A stretch of DNA of 64,000 bases from a virus. The translations under genes were made by a program, and so were the position numbers. Shown piece after piece: positions 27,956 through 36,616 of the stretch. A model generated the notes under the pieces. The model did not search any database, was not told where the DNA came from, and was given only the letters and a program-made list of their open reading frames with translations. How positions within the stretch are numbered: the first letter of the stretch is position 1; every line of letters starts with the position of its first letter. The stretch covers positions 1 to 64,000 of IMG/VR virus record IMGVR_UViG_3300040781_000091; one strand, written 5' to 3'.

Positions 27956-27999
27956 CGTTTATTTATCATCGTAGTCGTTAAGTACTACTGAAATGTGGC

Positions 28000-28233
28000 T
28001 TACGCCTGGGTCGGCGCGTTCATTTGCTCTAGCTTCTTGAGCCAACGCTTGCGCGCCATTTTCTTCTTTCGTTGCTTCTTCTCGGAAGGTGGCTCATAAT
28101 ACATGCGATCTCTTACTTCTTTTAAGATGCCTGCTTCTTGAACCTTTTTTCCGAATAGTCTAAGTGCTTTGTTAAAGTCACGATCAACTGTAACTGACAA
28201 ACCAGATGGTCTGCTATTATGCCGTCTTGCCAT
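28000..28233 (-). CDS. rpsU: Ribosomal protein bS21
   Basis: ALRLFGKKVQEAGILKEVRDRMYYEPPSEKKQRKK. Confidence 0.88.
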   Translation of the reverse strand: MARRHNSRPSGLSVTVDRDFNKALRLFGKKVQEAGILKEVRDRMYYEPPSEKKQRKKKMARKRWLKKLEQMNAPTQA

Positions 28234-29446
28234 TTTTGTTTACCTGTTTTGATTTTCTTTTGTAAATGTATTTAGGTGTACCCGTTGGATCTACAACAAT
28301 TTTATTTACTCCGGCCTTAGCAAGGTCTGGCAAATTAAACTGTGTCTCTTGTAGAGTCTTTTCAATTATAGCCCGAAGTCCCCGAGCTCCGGTTTTCTTC
28401 TCTAGGCTACTATGTGCAACTCCGTGTATGTACTTATCGTCGAACTCTAGTCGAACACCGTCCAAACTGAACAACTGCTTGAACTGCTGTATGATGTTGT
28501 TCTTTGGTTCGGTTAAAATTTGAACTAACATTTCTTCTGTGAGGTCTCCTAATGTAACTACAACAGGAAAACGGCCAACAAACTCGGGTATAAGCCCGTA
28601 GTGTATAATATCTTGTGGAGACACATCGTGTAACAGCCCTATGTCGGCTGTCTTATCTTGTATAGATGCATTAATACCAATTGACGTAGCTGACTTACCC
28701 TTTCTGATAATTTTGTCTAGTCCGATGAATGCTCCACTAGCAACAAACAAAACATTCGTAGTGTCGAAATCAAACGACTCTGACGAATTTCGACGACTCA
28801 TTTTAATAGTAGTGCCTTCTACTAATTTCAAGAGTGCTTGCTGCACACCCTCCCCTGATACATCACGCGATAAGGTAGAACTTTCGCTACGACGAGATAT
28901 CTTATCGATTTCGTCTATAAAGATTATTCCTCTCTGCGCTTTTTCAATATCATAGTCGGCTTTTTCTAAGAGCATCTCGATTAAATTTTCAACATCGTCG
29001 CCAACATAGCCGGATTCGGTGAGTGTGGTCGCATCGGCAATTACACACGGAGCATCGAATATCGTAGCAACAGTCTTGACAAGTAATGTCTTACCGGAAC
29101 CACTCGGACCGATCATTAACAGATTAGATTTATCAATCTCAATATCCGATGTGTCGAATACACGTTTATAATGATTATATACTGCTACACTTATTGCATA
29201 TTTGGCATCCTCCTGACCGATCACATACTTGTCTAGGTGTGCCTTAATTTCTTTCGGAGTAAATGAAACTTCGTACTCGTCGTCGACTGTTTCGTCGTTG
29301 TCGGTTTCGTGAATAACATCGTAGCTGAAATCTACGCACTGATCACATATATAAATTGTAGACCCTGCAAACTCGGGCCCGGCAATCATTTGTTTGACTC
29401 TGCTTCGTGTTTTGTTACAAAATGAACAGCGTATAGCTTTTGCCAC
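28217..29446 (-). CDS. clpX: ClpX AAA+ unfoldase
   Basis: CSFC..CDQC zinc domain, GPSGSGKT, GYVG, FIDEIDK, RDVSGEGVQQALLK, IGI loop, GARGLR. Confidence 0.95.
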   Translation of the reverse strand: MAKAIRCSFCNKTRSRVKQMIAGPEFAGSTIYICDQCVDFSYDVIHETDNDETVDDEYEVSFTPKEIKAHLDKYVIGQEDAKYAISVAVYNHYKRVFDTSDIEIDKSNLLMIGPSGSGKTLLVKTVATIFDAPCVIADATTLTESGYVGDDVENLIEMLLEKADYDIEKAQRGIIFIDEIDKISRRSESSTLSRDVSGEGVQQALLKLVEGTTIKMSRRNSSESFDFDTTNVLFVASGAFIGLDKIIRKGKSATSIGINASIQDKTADIGLLHDVSPQDIIHYGLIPEFVGRFPVVVTLGDLTEEMLVQILTEPKNNIIQQFKQLFSLDGVRLEFDDKYIHGVAHSSLEKKTGARGLRAIIEKTLQETQFNLPDLAKAGVNKIVVDPTGTPKYIYKRKSKQVNKNGKTA

Positions 29447-29448
29447 AA

Positions 29449-30921
29449 TTAATCCCTCTTATTCCTTATCCAATTCGGTGACCTGACTTTGTCTGGTTCT
29501 ATGCCGTCTTTTATTTTTGCGCTCGGTGGTAGTATCGGTGTTTTATCTTTATTACCGTCCCCTTCTTGTATCTCAGCTGATATGGTTTTGCTCTTACCAC
29601 TATCCGTTTTCCCAGCAGAGCTCCGAGCTTTTTTATCTTTCGCTTTCGTCGTAGTCTTTTTCTGAACACCCTTGTCTTCAATTATTCTCTCTTTACCATC
29701 AACGGGGTGTTTGCGTCGCGCGGGAGCCAGCACGGAGTCAGTTTGTTTTTCTTGTATCTCCGATGGTATGGTTTGGATGGCTCCTGGATTAATTTTTCGA
29801 TCCACCGTCGAATTTCTACGAGATGTTTGTGTTTTTCTTTTTTTGTTAGACGTCCCATTTATTTGCTCGACAGGTACCACGTCTTGCCGTTTCTCGTTCC
29901 GAAGTAAATTGTCTCCCCTTTCCGATACCTCAGCTGATACTGCATAGCCAGCGGCAAGGGACAGACACGCATCTTTTTCTCGATTACTCTTTTTTTGTGC
30001 TGGCGCCGCGATTTTTTCATCTAATAATATCTCGTGTTGCGGGACTTCGTTCGATAGTTCATCACATAGGGTGGTGGCATGCGTGAGGTTACTGTTGGGT
30101 ACTTCCATAACCTTAGGGTCGGCAGTTGCTTCTGTACCGACTTTGGGTTCTTCCACGGCACGTTTTTCTTTTTCATTTCTTGCCCTTAGTAACGACTGGT
30201 TTGCCGCTATTAACAGTAATACAGCAAGTGGGTCAAATACAATCACTAAAATTAATATCACCCAGCGAACAGCATCATCTAATTTATCAGAGGAATCGTC
30301 GTAGATTAACTCTGCAACATACCGAATTGGCCCGACCTCAAGTTCTACCTCCCTTACTGCCGAGCTTAATTCGAATTTTTCGTCTTCTAGTTTGTCTATA
30401 GTTTTTTGCGCTGCATCCACTATAGTCCTTAAAGACTGTCGTTCTTCGTTTTGCGATTTACGTATAGCAATAGCACCGGTACTGCCGCTTATCTTTTCAA
30501 ACTTGATAAGTGTATTTACTGCTTCGTCTAGTTGCGCTACTACTTTTTCGGCATCTTCGATTTCTCGTTGTTCACGTGCTATTCGAAGATCAATTCTTTC
30601 TATCTTCGCAATGTTATTTCCAACTGGACTAGCTTGATCTAGGTGTGCTTTCGATAAGAATCCAAAAATACCCATGCTTGTAATAAACATTAGTATTATA
30701 ACTGATATTGTTAGATATGTTTTTAATAAGAATCCGGTGGTTTTCCAGTTCCGGTACAGCCAGCTAGCTGTTACTAGTTTGCCAACTTCTAATACTGACC
30801 CCATTATTAGTATAGGAATAGTTGATGCCGAAAATATCGACATCAGCCCAATAATTGAAAACCACGCTGCGGTACTAGCAATTGCTAATGCAGTTAATAG
30901 TGTTATTAATGTAAAGAACAT
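29449..30921 (-). CDS. Membrane protein with coiled coil and disordered Lys-rich tail
   Basis: Three N-terminal TM helices, ITSMGIFGFLSKAH, EVGPIRYVA, VFDPLAV TM helix. Confidence 0.75.
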   Translation of the reverse strand: MFFTLITLLTALAIASTAAWFSIIGLMSIFSASTIPILIMGSVLEVGKLVTASWLYRNWKTTGFLLKTYLTISVIILMFITSMGIFGFLSKAHLDQASPVGNNIAKIERIDLRIAREQREIEDAEKVVAQLDEAVNTLIKFEKISGSTGAIAIRKSQNEERQSLRTIVDAAQKTIDKLEDEKFELSSAVREVELEVGPIRYVAELIYDDSSDKLDDAVRWVILILVIVFDPLAVLLLIAANQSLLRARNEKEKRAVEEPKVGTEATADPKVMEVPNSNLTHATTLCDELSNEVPQHEILLDEKIAAPAQKKSNREKDACLSLAAGYAVSAEVSERGDNLLRNEKRQDVVPVEQINGTSNKKRKTQTSRRNSTVDRKINPGAIQTIPSEIQEKQTDSVLAPARRKHPVDGKERIIEDKGVQKKTTTKAKDKKARSSAGKTDSGKSKTISAEIQEGDGNKDKTPILPPSAKIKDGIEPDKVRSPNWIRNKRD

Positions 30922-30933
30922 GTAGTATTTATA

Positions 30934-31191
30934 CTACAAAATGCCCTTCAATCTTAGCACAGTAGCATCCTCGGAGCAGATTGTGTATATGTCCACATCT
31001 GCTCCGATTATAAGTGCCTCAACGCCGGGCGGCAAAACTTTGCTAAGGGCATCCTTAGCACTATTGCGATACGCCTCTGACATCATATCAGTGGTCCTCG
31101 GAACCCGAAATACGAGCACTTCTCCCTTGACTACTGGTATCGTAGCTAAGTCTCCGGCTTTGCCACCAAATCTGTCCGGGACTGATATCAT
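30934..31191 (-). CDS. Hypothetical protein
   Basis: ATGA-coupled start at 31191. Confidence 0.6.
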   Translation of the reverse strand: MISVPDRFGGKAGDLATIPVVKGEVLVFRVPRTTDMMSEAYRNSAKDALSKVLPPGVEALIIGADVDIYTICSEDATVLRLKGIL

Positions 31192-31679
31192 GATTCGTAC
31201 CAAGCTGAGTTCGACGGAGTTTCTCTTACTTCTACTTTACGACAACGAACACCATCATTCGGATAGTTGTCTGGTAGCCAGATTTCATTTAAATAGTCGT
31301 GTAAGAATTTAGCAAGGGCTTCACAGCCAGTAGCTTCTACTGCTACCATCTTTGCTAGTCCCTTGTTATGTAACATTTCAAATGTTGCAAACTCGGGGTC
31401 GTCTAAAGCAACTAACATCGTGTGATCAAATGTTTCTTTCAGGAACTCTTTAAATGTTCTTAAAGAACCGAAATCCACAACCCAGTTTCTTGCATCGAGT
31501 GTTTCGCACTCGAACTCAAACGTAAATCCTAGTGCATACCCATGAAGAGCACAGCACCCCGGTATCTCATCATGAGTATAGACACCGCTCGTCTTACCGC
31601 TTTTACGATCTGCGCGCCACTGTCTATAGCAAACTGCAAAGCCCTCCGAAGGACCGTAATGTTTCGTTGAGACATACAT
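31188..31679 (-). CDS. queD: QueD / 6-pyruvoyl-tetrahydropterin synthase family
   Basis: YRQWRA..C.ALHGY, WVVDFGSL, FDHT, GCE, VEVRETPSNSA. Confidence 0.85.
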   Translation of the reverse strand: MYVSTKHYGPSEGFAVCYRQWRADRKSGKTSGVYTHDEIPGCCALHGYALGFTFEFECETLDARNWVVDFGSLRTFKEFLKETFDHTMLVALDDPEFATFEMLHNKGLAKMVAVEATGCEALAKFLHDYLNEIWLPDNYPNDGVRCRKVEVRETPSNSAWYES

Positions 31680-31680
31680 G

Positions 31681-32391
31681 TTACGCCCCCTTCGCGAGTG
31701 ACATAAATTCTGCGCGAGTTGCTGGATCGTCTTTAAATGCTCCGCCTAGTTTACTTGTAACAGTGTGTGAGTGGTAATCCTGGATACCACGATTCTTAAC
31801 ACAACCATGTTCAGCATCAATCAACACTGCTACGTTCTCAGTTTCGAGAATGAATTGCAAGGCGTGAAAGATCTGTCCAGTGAGACGCTCTTGTACTTGA
31901 GGACGTCTACAGAAATAATCAGTTACACGATTAAGCTTCGACAAACCGAGTACTTTCTCATTCGGAATATATGCAATTGTTGCACTGCCAGTAATAGGCT
32001 GAAAGTGGTGTTCACAAAATGAAGTTACGTTAATAGATTTCTCCATTACCATTTCGTCGTATTGCATTTTGTTATCTACCACAGTACACTTCGGAAAAGT
32101 ATCGGTATCTAAACCATAAAACAATTCTGCCACATACATTTTTGCAACACGATTAGGTGTGTCACACATACTGTCATCGCTCAGGTCTAGTCCCAGAACA
32201 GTCATGATATCTTTCATGTGAGTTTCGATTTGTGCGATTCTCTCTTTAACTGAGAGAGGTCGGTATTCTCCAACTGTACCGCTTATATGCACCTGGTCGG
32301 GCTTTGTCGGAGTATCCATTCCAATTGATTCTAAATATTTTTGAACTCTTAGACCGAGTTCGGGGTCGCACTTGCGTTTGTCTAAGGACAT
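31681..32391 (-). CDS. folE: GTP cyclohydrolase I
   Basis: DTPNRVAKMY, CEHH, GLSKLNR, QVQERLT, HGC; start reassigned to MSLDKRK with SD AGGAGG. Confidence 0.93.
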   Translation of the reverse strand: MSLDKRKCDPELGLRVQKYLESIGMDTPTKPDQVHISGTVGEYRPLSVKERIAQIETHMKDIMTVLGLDLSDDSMCDTPNRVAKMYVAELFYGLDTDTFPKCTVVDNKMQYDEMVMEKSINVTSFCEHHFQPITGSATIAYIPNEKVLGLSKLNRVTDYFCRRPQVQERLTGQIFHALQFILETENVAVLIDAEHGCVKNRGIQDYHSHTVTSKLGGAFKDDPATRAEFMSLAKGA

Positions 32392-32470
32392 GTTTGATAA
32401 CCTCCTGTTATCGTTATTATTATTTTGATACGACACAAACCGCCTGCTTGTGTGTCGTTTGTATTTATTA

Positions 32471-32803
32471 TTAATAGATGCCGTACCGAGCAGATAATGA
32501 ACTGAGCTCGGCTGTCGCTTCGTATGCATTTTTAGTTAACTTAGACAACACAGCGACAACTGTCTTTATTTCTTCTTGACGTTGATATTCGGCCGATTCT
32601 AGTTCTAATATTTTCGATTCAAGGAACTGCACATGACCGGCCAATGCTTCGACTATGTTTGTATGAGAAGTTGACCCTTCGCCCTTTAGGCGAGCAACTA
32701 CACGATGTTCTTCTGCTTCGGCTGATGCTGTTTTTGCTATACTCGAGTTCAAAATGTCGGACAATAACATTAGCTGTTTTTGTTCTTCGTCTGTTATCTT
32801 CAT
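32471..32803 (-). CDS. Coiled-coil hypothetical protein
   Basis: TAATG coupling. Confidence 0.65.
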   Translation of the reverse strand: MKITDEEQKQLMLLSDILNSSIAKTASAEAEEHRVVARLKGEGSTSHTNIVEALAGHVQFLESKILELESAEYQRQEEIKTVVAVLSKLTKNAYEATAELSSLSARYGIY

Positions 32804-33006
32804 TATCGTTTTCCTTTTAGCTTGTCGACTACCATTTGTTGTCTAATCGTTTCCATATGCCTTGCATACTGCAACGCCTCTTCGCTTGTGCCGAATCTTG
32901 CAATTAACGAGTCGTCTTTATATTCTACAGAATAGGGATACCGAGTAAACTTCGACCGATATATCGTAGCAGTGGCATGTTTAGTCCACTCTGTTTTACT
33001 CATCAT
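32803..33006 (-). CDS. Small hypothetical protein
   Basis: Tiles; ends VVDKLKG. Confidence 0.6.
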   Translation of the reverse strand: MMSKTEWTKHATATIYRSKFTRYPYSVEYKDDSLIARFGTSEEALQYARHMETIRQQMVVDKLKGKR

Positions 33007-33220
33007 AGTCGGTTGCCCGATGCTCGAAAATTACATCAGTAGCACAATGCGAGGCAAAGATTCTTGCCTTTTCAAACGAGCTAAAACTTTTACGGGAACT
33101 GCTGTACGAAGACTCATCTAAGACTTCTGACCACCACTTGAACGGGCCGAATCCCCTCCTAATACTAACACGGTATGTGGATTTTTGTGAATCGAACCAA
33201 ACACGAGTTTTTATTGTCAT
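32996..33220 (-). CDS. Small hypothetical protein
   Basis: Start reassigned to MTIKTRV, 1 nt after the thyA stop. Confidence 0.6.
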   Translation of the reverse strand: MTIKTRVWFDSQKSTYRVSIRRGFGPFKWWSEVLDESSYSSSRKSFSSFEKARIFASHCATDVIFEHRATDYDE

Positions 33221-33221
33221 A

Positions 33222-34082
33222 TTATACCGCCATCGGTGGTTTATTTTTGAGGTCAGGTAGAGGATCGTAGCACAGTAACTCGACGTCTGTCCCATATTCT
33301 AGACTCAACAAATCGTCGAATGTGTTTATCGGTCTATGTATTGCTAATATCGGCAGGTCGCCTGGTTCTCTCTGTATTTGTTCTTTGCACATTTCAATTT
33401 GATTTTGGTATATGTGTGCATCCCAGCCAAAGTAAACCAATTCGCCCGGTTCTAGTCCGAGATATTTTGCAAACAAGCAGTTAAGTAATGCATACGACAT
33501 AATGTTAAACGGAAGTCCAAACGGTATATCGTTTGAACGCATTATAAATGAACTGTTCAATTTATTATTAGCAGGATCGATTGTGTACATATGCATCAAG
33601 TGACACGGAGGCAACGGTGTTCCGGCTAGTTGCGTCGGGTTCCAGGCGCTAATTAAATGTCTGCGACTCGTAGGATTATTACGCATGTCGTCGAGCATGT
33701 CTCTTACTTGGTCAACACCATCGAACTTCCCTACGGTCCCGCCGAAGTTTCTCCATTGGTGCGAGTAGCCGGTTCCAATGCTGCCTTCCGGGAGGTGCTG
33801 GAGATTATGTTTGTCTAAAAATTCTCGAGTGGTGTTACCCTTCCATATAGGAATACCTTTCGCTTCGAGTATTTTTGTGTCTGTTTCTCCTCGTAAGAAA
33901 AACATCGTCTCCTCGAACGCAAACCTAAACGGTACACGTCTGGTTGTTAGGGCCGGAAAACCCTTGCTAAGATCCCAACGTAGTGTTGCACCATTAATAA
34001 ATCGAGAACCAATTCCCGTGCGGTCTGGGCGGTCGATGCCGTCGTCTAGAACCTGTCTAATTAGATCTAGATAATTTTTCAT
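33222..34082 (-). CDS. thyA: Thymidylate synthase
   Basis: DRTGIG, SRRHL, LPPCH, RSND, GLPFN, DAHIY. Confidence 0.93.
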   Translation of the reverse strand: MKNYLDLIRQVLDDGIDRPDRTGIGSRFINGATLRWDLSKGFPALTTRRVPFRFAFEETMFFLRGETDTKILEAKGIPIWKGNTTREFLDKHNLQHLPEGSIGTGYSHQWRNFGGTVGKFDGVDQVRDMLDDMRNNPTSRRHLISAWNPTQLAGTPLPPCHLMHMYTIDPANNKLNSSFIMRSNDIPFGLPFNIMSYALLNCLFAKYLGLEPGELVYFGWDAHIYQNQIEMCKEQIQREPGDLPILAIHRPINTFDDLLSLEYGTDVELLCYDPLPDLKNKPPMAV

Positions 34083-34537
34083 TTGCGGGACATACGTCTT
34101 TGTCTAATCACCGGCATTTTCTGTATGCCGCTGGCGGCATGCACCGCGGCCCATTTTTCTTCTAGTTCGGCGAGATGATCATCGACTTCATCCAGCGGCT
34201 CATCTTTTAGTTTAGCAAGTACTCGTTTTACTCTTAAATTTTTGCGGCGGATAGTATATGCTATCCCCCATATAATTCCAACAATAGCAGTTGCTGGCCA
34301 CACTAAAGACAGAATCAATATACTACCAGTGTACAGAAGTACATCCGCAAATATTCCTGCAGGATGACTTCCGGTATTAAATAACCTGCCGTCGAGGACT
34401 ATGTTTGAGTCATCGAAATCATCAATAGGAACACACGTAGCATATTGTTTCAGGAGTTTACAAATCCTAACTACAGCATGGCCAATTAAAATTACAAATA
34501 GAACCGCCATAAATATAATAGCACCAAATTCATACAT
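34079..34537 (-). CDS. Membrane protein
   Basis: 2-3 hydrophobic helices; start reassigned to MYEFG with SD AGGA. Confidence 0.7.
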   Translation of the reverse strand: MYEFGAIIFMAVLFVILIGHAVVRICKLLKQYATCVPIDDFDDSNIVLDGRLFNTGSHPAGIFADVLLYTGSILILSLVWPATAIVGIIWGIAYTIRRKNLRVKRVLAKLKDEPLDEVDDHLAELEEKWAAVHAASGIQKMPVIRQRRMSRK

Positions 34538-35051
34538 CGTCTTGCTTCCTCTTTTTGCGATAAAACTTATGATTACCGTATGTTGTGGTATGTTGCAATC
34601 TATTAATCCATCCTGGTTGTGCAATGTCAGTATTGACAAAATGTGTGGCGCCATCGGTGTTATCGGCTGCAATTTCTGCCATGGTCATAAGTGCAATTAC
34701 TGCTGCGGTTTCAAACGCAGACACTTCCTGCACTATCTCTTTATTGCCCCGATATAATTTTATTTCATTCGGAATGTCGTCGCAATACCAAGAAAACTGA
34801 CAAACGTATCCATTGTCTACTTTTTTAACCTGTCTGACAACATCACAAATTGTGTCAGGATATCTTTTAGAATCAACACGTTGCAATGTCGTGTGTGCTA
34901 CTGCAAATTGCCCAGCAACGGGCTCGCCCCTAGATTCATAATAAACATTCTTAGCAAGACAAAATGCCTCTTCGAGATCAATATTAGAGGCCTCGATGCC
35001 TAATGCATTGTTCTGCAAAATTGTCAGTAGTATGAGTTTAGCAGTAATCAT
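34530..35051 (-). CDS. Cell wall hydrolase, SleB/Hydrolase_2 family
   Basis: CLAKNVYYESRGE, YPDTICDVV, CQFSW, GATHF, GNHKFY. Confidence 0.88.
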   Translation of the reverse strand: MITAKLILLTILQNNALGIEASNIDLEEAFCLAKNVYYESRGEPVAGQFAVAHTTLQRVDSKRYPDTICDVVRQVKKVDNGYVCQFSWYCDDIPNEIKLYRGNKEIVQEVSAFETAAVIALMTMAEIAADNTDGATHFVNTDIAQPGWINRLQHTTTYGNHKFYRKKRKQDDV

Positions 35052-35057
35052 GCAATC

Positions 35058-35086
35058 ATAATAACAGGATACTAGAAAAGAATCAA
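35058..35086 (-). promoter_or_regulatory. sigma70-type promoter; predicted start site at the hydrolase ATG
   Basis: TTGATT-N17-TATTAT. Confidence 0.6.
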
Positions 35087-35436
35087 GTGAAATCTATTAT
35101 CACTACTGTCTTGTCTTGCTTCTTTGCGTGGTTGATAGAGTTTAATGTGCCTCTGCTTTTGCCGTCCCAAAATGCAACTAACTCGTCACACTCGTCGACT
35201 ATCTGTTTGTTCCTGATAAACCCTGCGGCCTTGCCGTGTGTGTCCCAGTCAGCCGGAAAAACTTGTAGGTCTAAGTCGCGATCAACTGCATATTTTTCTG
35301 CTAGACGATCCGCGCCGCGGGCGCCGCCTGAGATAATCTTAATATTATTGTCGTATTCGATGCAATACTCGTCGAGGACAAAGGAAAGCAGGTCATAATC
35401 ACCGAACGACCTACTACCAATTACAGCTAGCTTCAA
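35083..35436 (-). CDS. SLOG-family (DUF2493/YspA-like) protein
   Basis: IGSRSF, SGGARGAD, AAGFIRN, AFWDGKSRGT; TTG start overlapping the upstream TGA. Confidence 0.85.
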   Translation of the reverse strand: MKLAVIGSRSFGDYDLLSFVLDEYCIEYDNNIKIISGGARGADRLAEKYAVDRDLDLQVFPADWDTHGKAAGFIRNKQIVDECDELVAFWDGKSRGTLNSINHAKKQDKTVVIIDFT

Positions 35437-36194
35437 ATATCTAACCAGAAGTTGTGATCGAAACCGAGGTCCTTTTCGTATCCGACATAACCTCGTTGGT
35501 TGGTAACGACATGGGTGTCTCCGAGGAAAGTATTTACAGGACGATGCGTGTGACCAAACAACCAATAATCAATTTTGTAATTGTTGAACAACTCGTCGCA
35601 GTTAGCATGGAAGTACGGATTCACGCTAGAACCTGCAAATTCATCGCACACCAACGATGGAGACGGCGAAAAGTGCGTTACTACTACCGTCTTTCCGTCG
35701 AATTCAGTATCGAGTTCTTTCTTTAAGTAATACATAGCATTAGAGAAGAATGCAACAGTGTCCTCGGGACGGAGTTTTCGATAATTTTCTCCGAGCTTTA
35801 TCTTTACAACACGATAATCGTTAATATTTTTGGCTGCCTGCATAGCAAACCAATCACGGTTGTTCATATCCGACCAAAGCGTAGTTCCAAGAAATCTTAC
35901 ATCGTCGACAATAAGCGTTTCATTATGGAGCACATGCAAGTTATCTATCCTTGCTTCGATATCTTTCCACTGCTGTATTACTTTAAAATACTCGCCGTGA
36001 TAAAACTCGTGATTACCTAATACATAAATTACCTTCCGAAACTGCTTGCAGCAACGTTCGACAAAAATCTCAGCACGAATTTGCTCAGCAATGTCGCCGG
36101 CAAGCACCAGAACACTATCGGCATCACCCGGAAGGGGGTTGATGTGATAGTCGCCTAGTTCTAAATGTAAATCACTGTATAATCTAATCTTCAT
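35433..36194 (-). CDS. Calcineurin-like metallophosphoesterase
   Basis: SDLHLE, LAGDI, GNHE, VTHFSP, FGHTH; start reassigned to MKIRLY. Confidence 0.9.
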   Translation of the reverse strand: MKIRLYSDLHLELGDYHINPLPGDADSVLVLAGDIAEQIRAEIFVERCCKQFRKVIYVLGNHEFYHGEYFKVIQQWKDIEARIDNLHVLHNETLIVDDVRFLGTTLWSDMNNRDWFAMQAAKNINDYRVVKIKLGENYRKLRPEDTVAFFSNAMYYLKKELDTEFDGKTVVVTHFSPSPSLVCDEFAGSSVNPYFHANCDELFNNYKIDYWLFGHTHRPVNTFLGDTHVVTNQRGYVGYEKDLGFDHNFWLDI

Positions 36195-36582
36195 TTGTCG
36201 GCCAATCCACCGGGTACCATCCCATATCATTTAAAGTTCTTAATACCCTAGGCGAAACATTTCCTTCTCGTCCGGCACAATACCAATCTAGGTATTCTTC
36301 TTCTGCGTGGACGCCTGCATTATTGCGTAAGGTTGCGACTATATGCCCTGATCCTCGCCACGACGTAGACCAACAGTCTTTACGCCAATTGAAATCCTCG
36401 GGCACAGAGTATTTGAGTCTATGCAATACACGCTCATCTTCGGACTCTGGCAACTTATACCACATCATATTACACAATGCAGCATATAGTTCTTCAGCAA
36501 AATCCTTGTCTAGAACAAGAGTGGCGATCTTTTTAGAGGAAATCAGCTCATCCTCTAAGTTATATTTGTAAATTTCTTCCAT
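36184..36582 (-). CDS. Hypothetical protein
   Basis: LYAALCN, WSTSWRGSG, YLDWYC; own promoter. Confidence 0.75.
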   Translation of the reverse strand: MEEIYKYNLEDELISSKKIATLVLDKDFAEELYAALCNMMWYKLPESEDERVLHRLKYSVPEDFNWRKDCWSTSWRGSGHIVATLRNNAGVHAEEEYLDWYCAGREGNVSPRVLRTLNDMGWYPVDWPTNED

Positions 36583-36587
36583 GTGGT

Positions 36588-36616
36588 ATTATAACAAACT
36601 ATCAAGTCGTGGTCAA
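36588..36616 (-). promoter_or_regulatory. sigma70-type promoter; predicted start site at the ATG
   Basis: TTGACC-N17-TATAAT. Confidence 0.75.

Noticed and set aside
33222-34082. dCMP hydroxymethylase or base-modifying ThyA variant
   Set aside because: Has the dUMP-specifying Asn (GLPFN); looks like canonical ThyA
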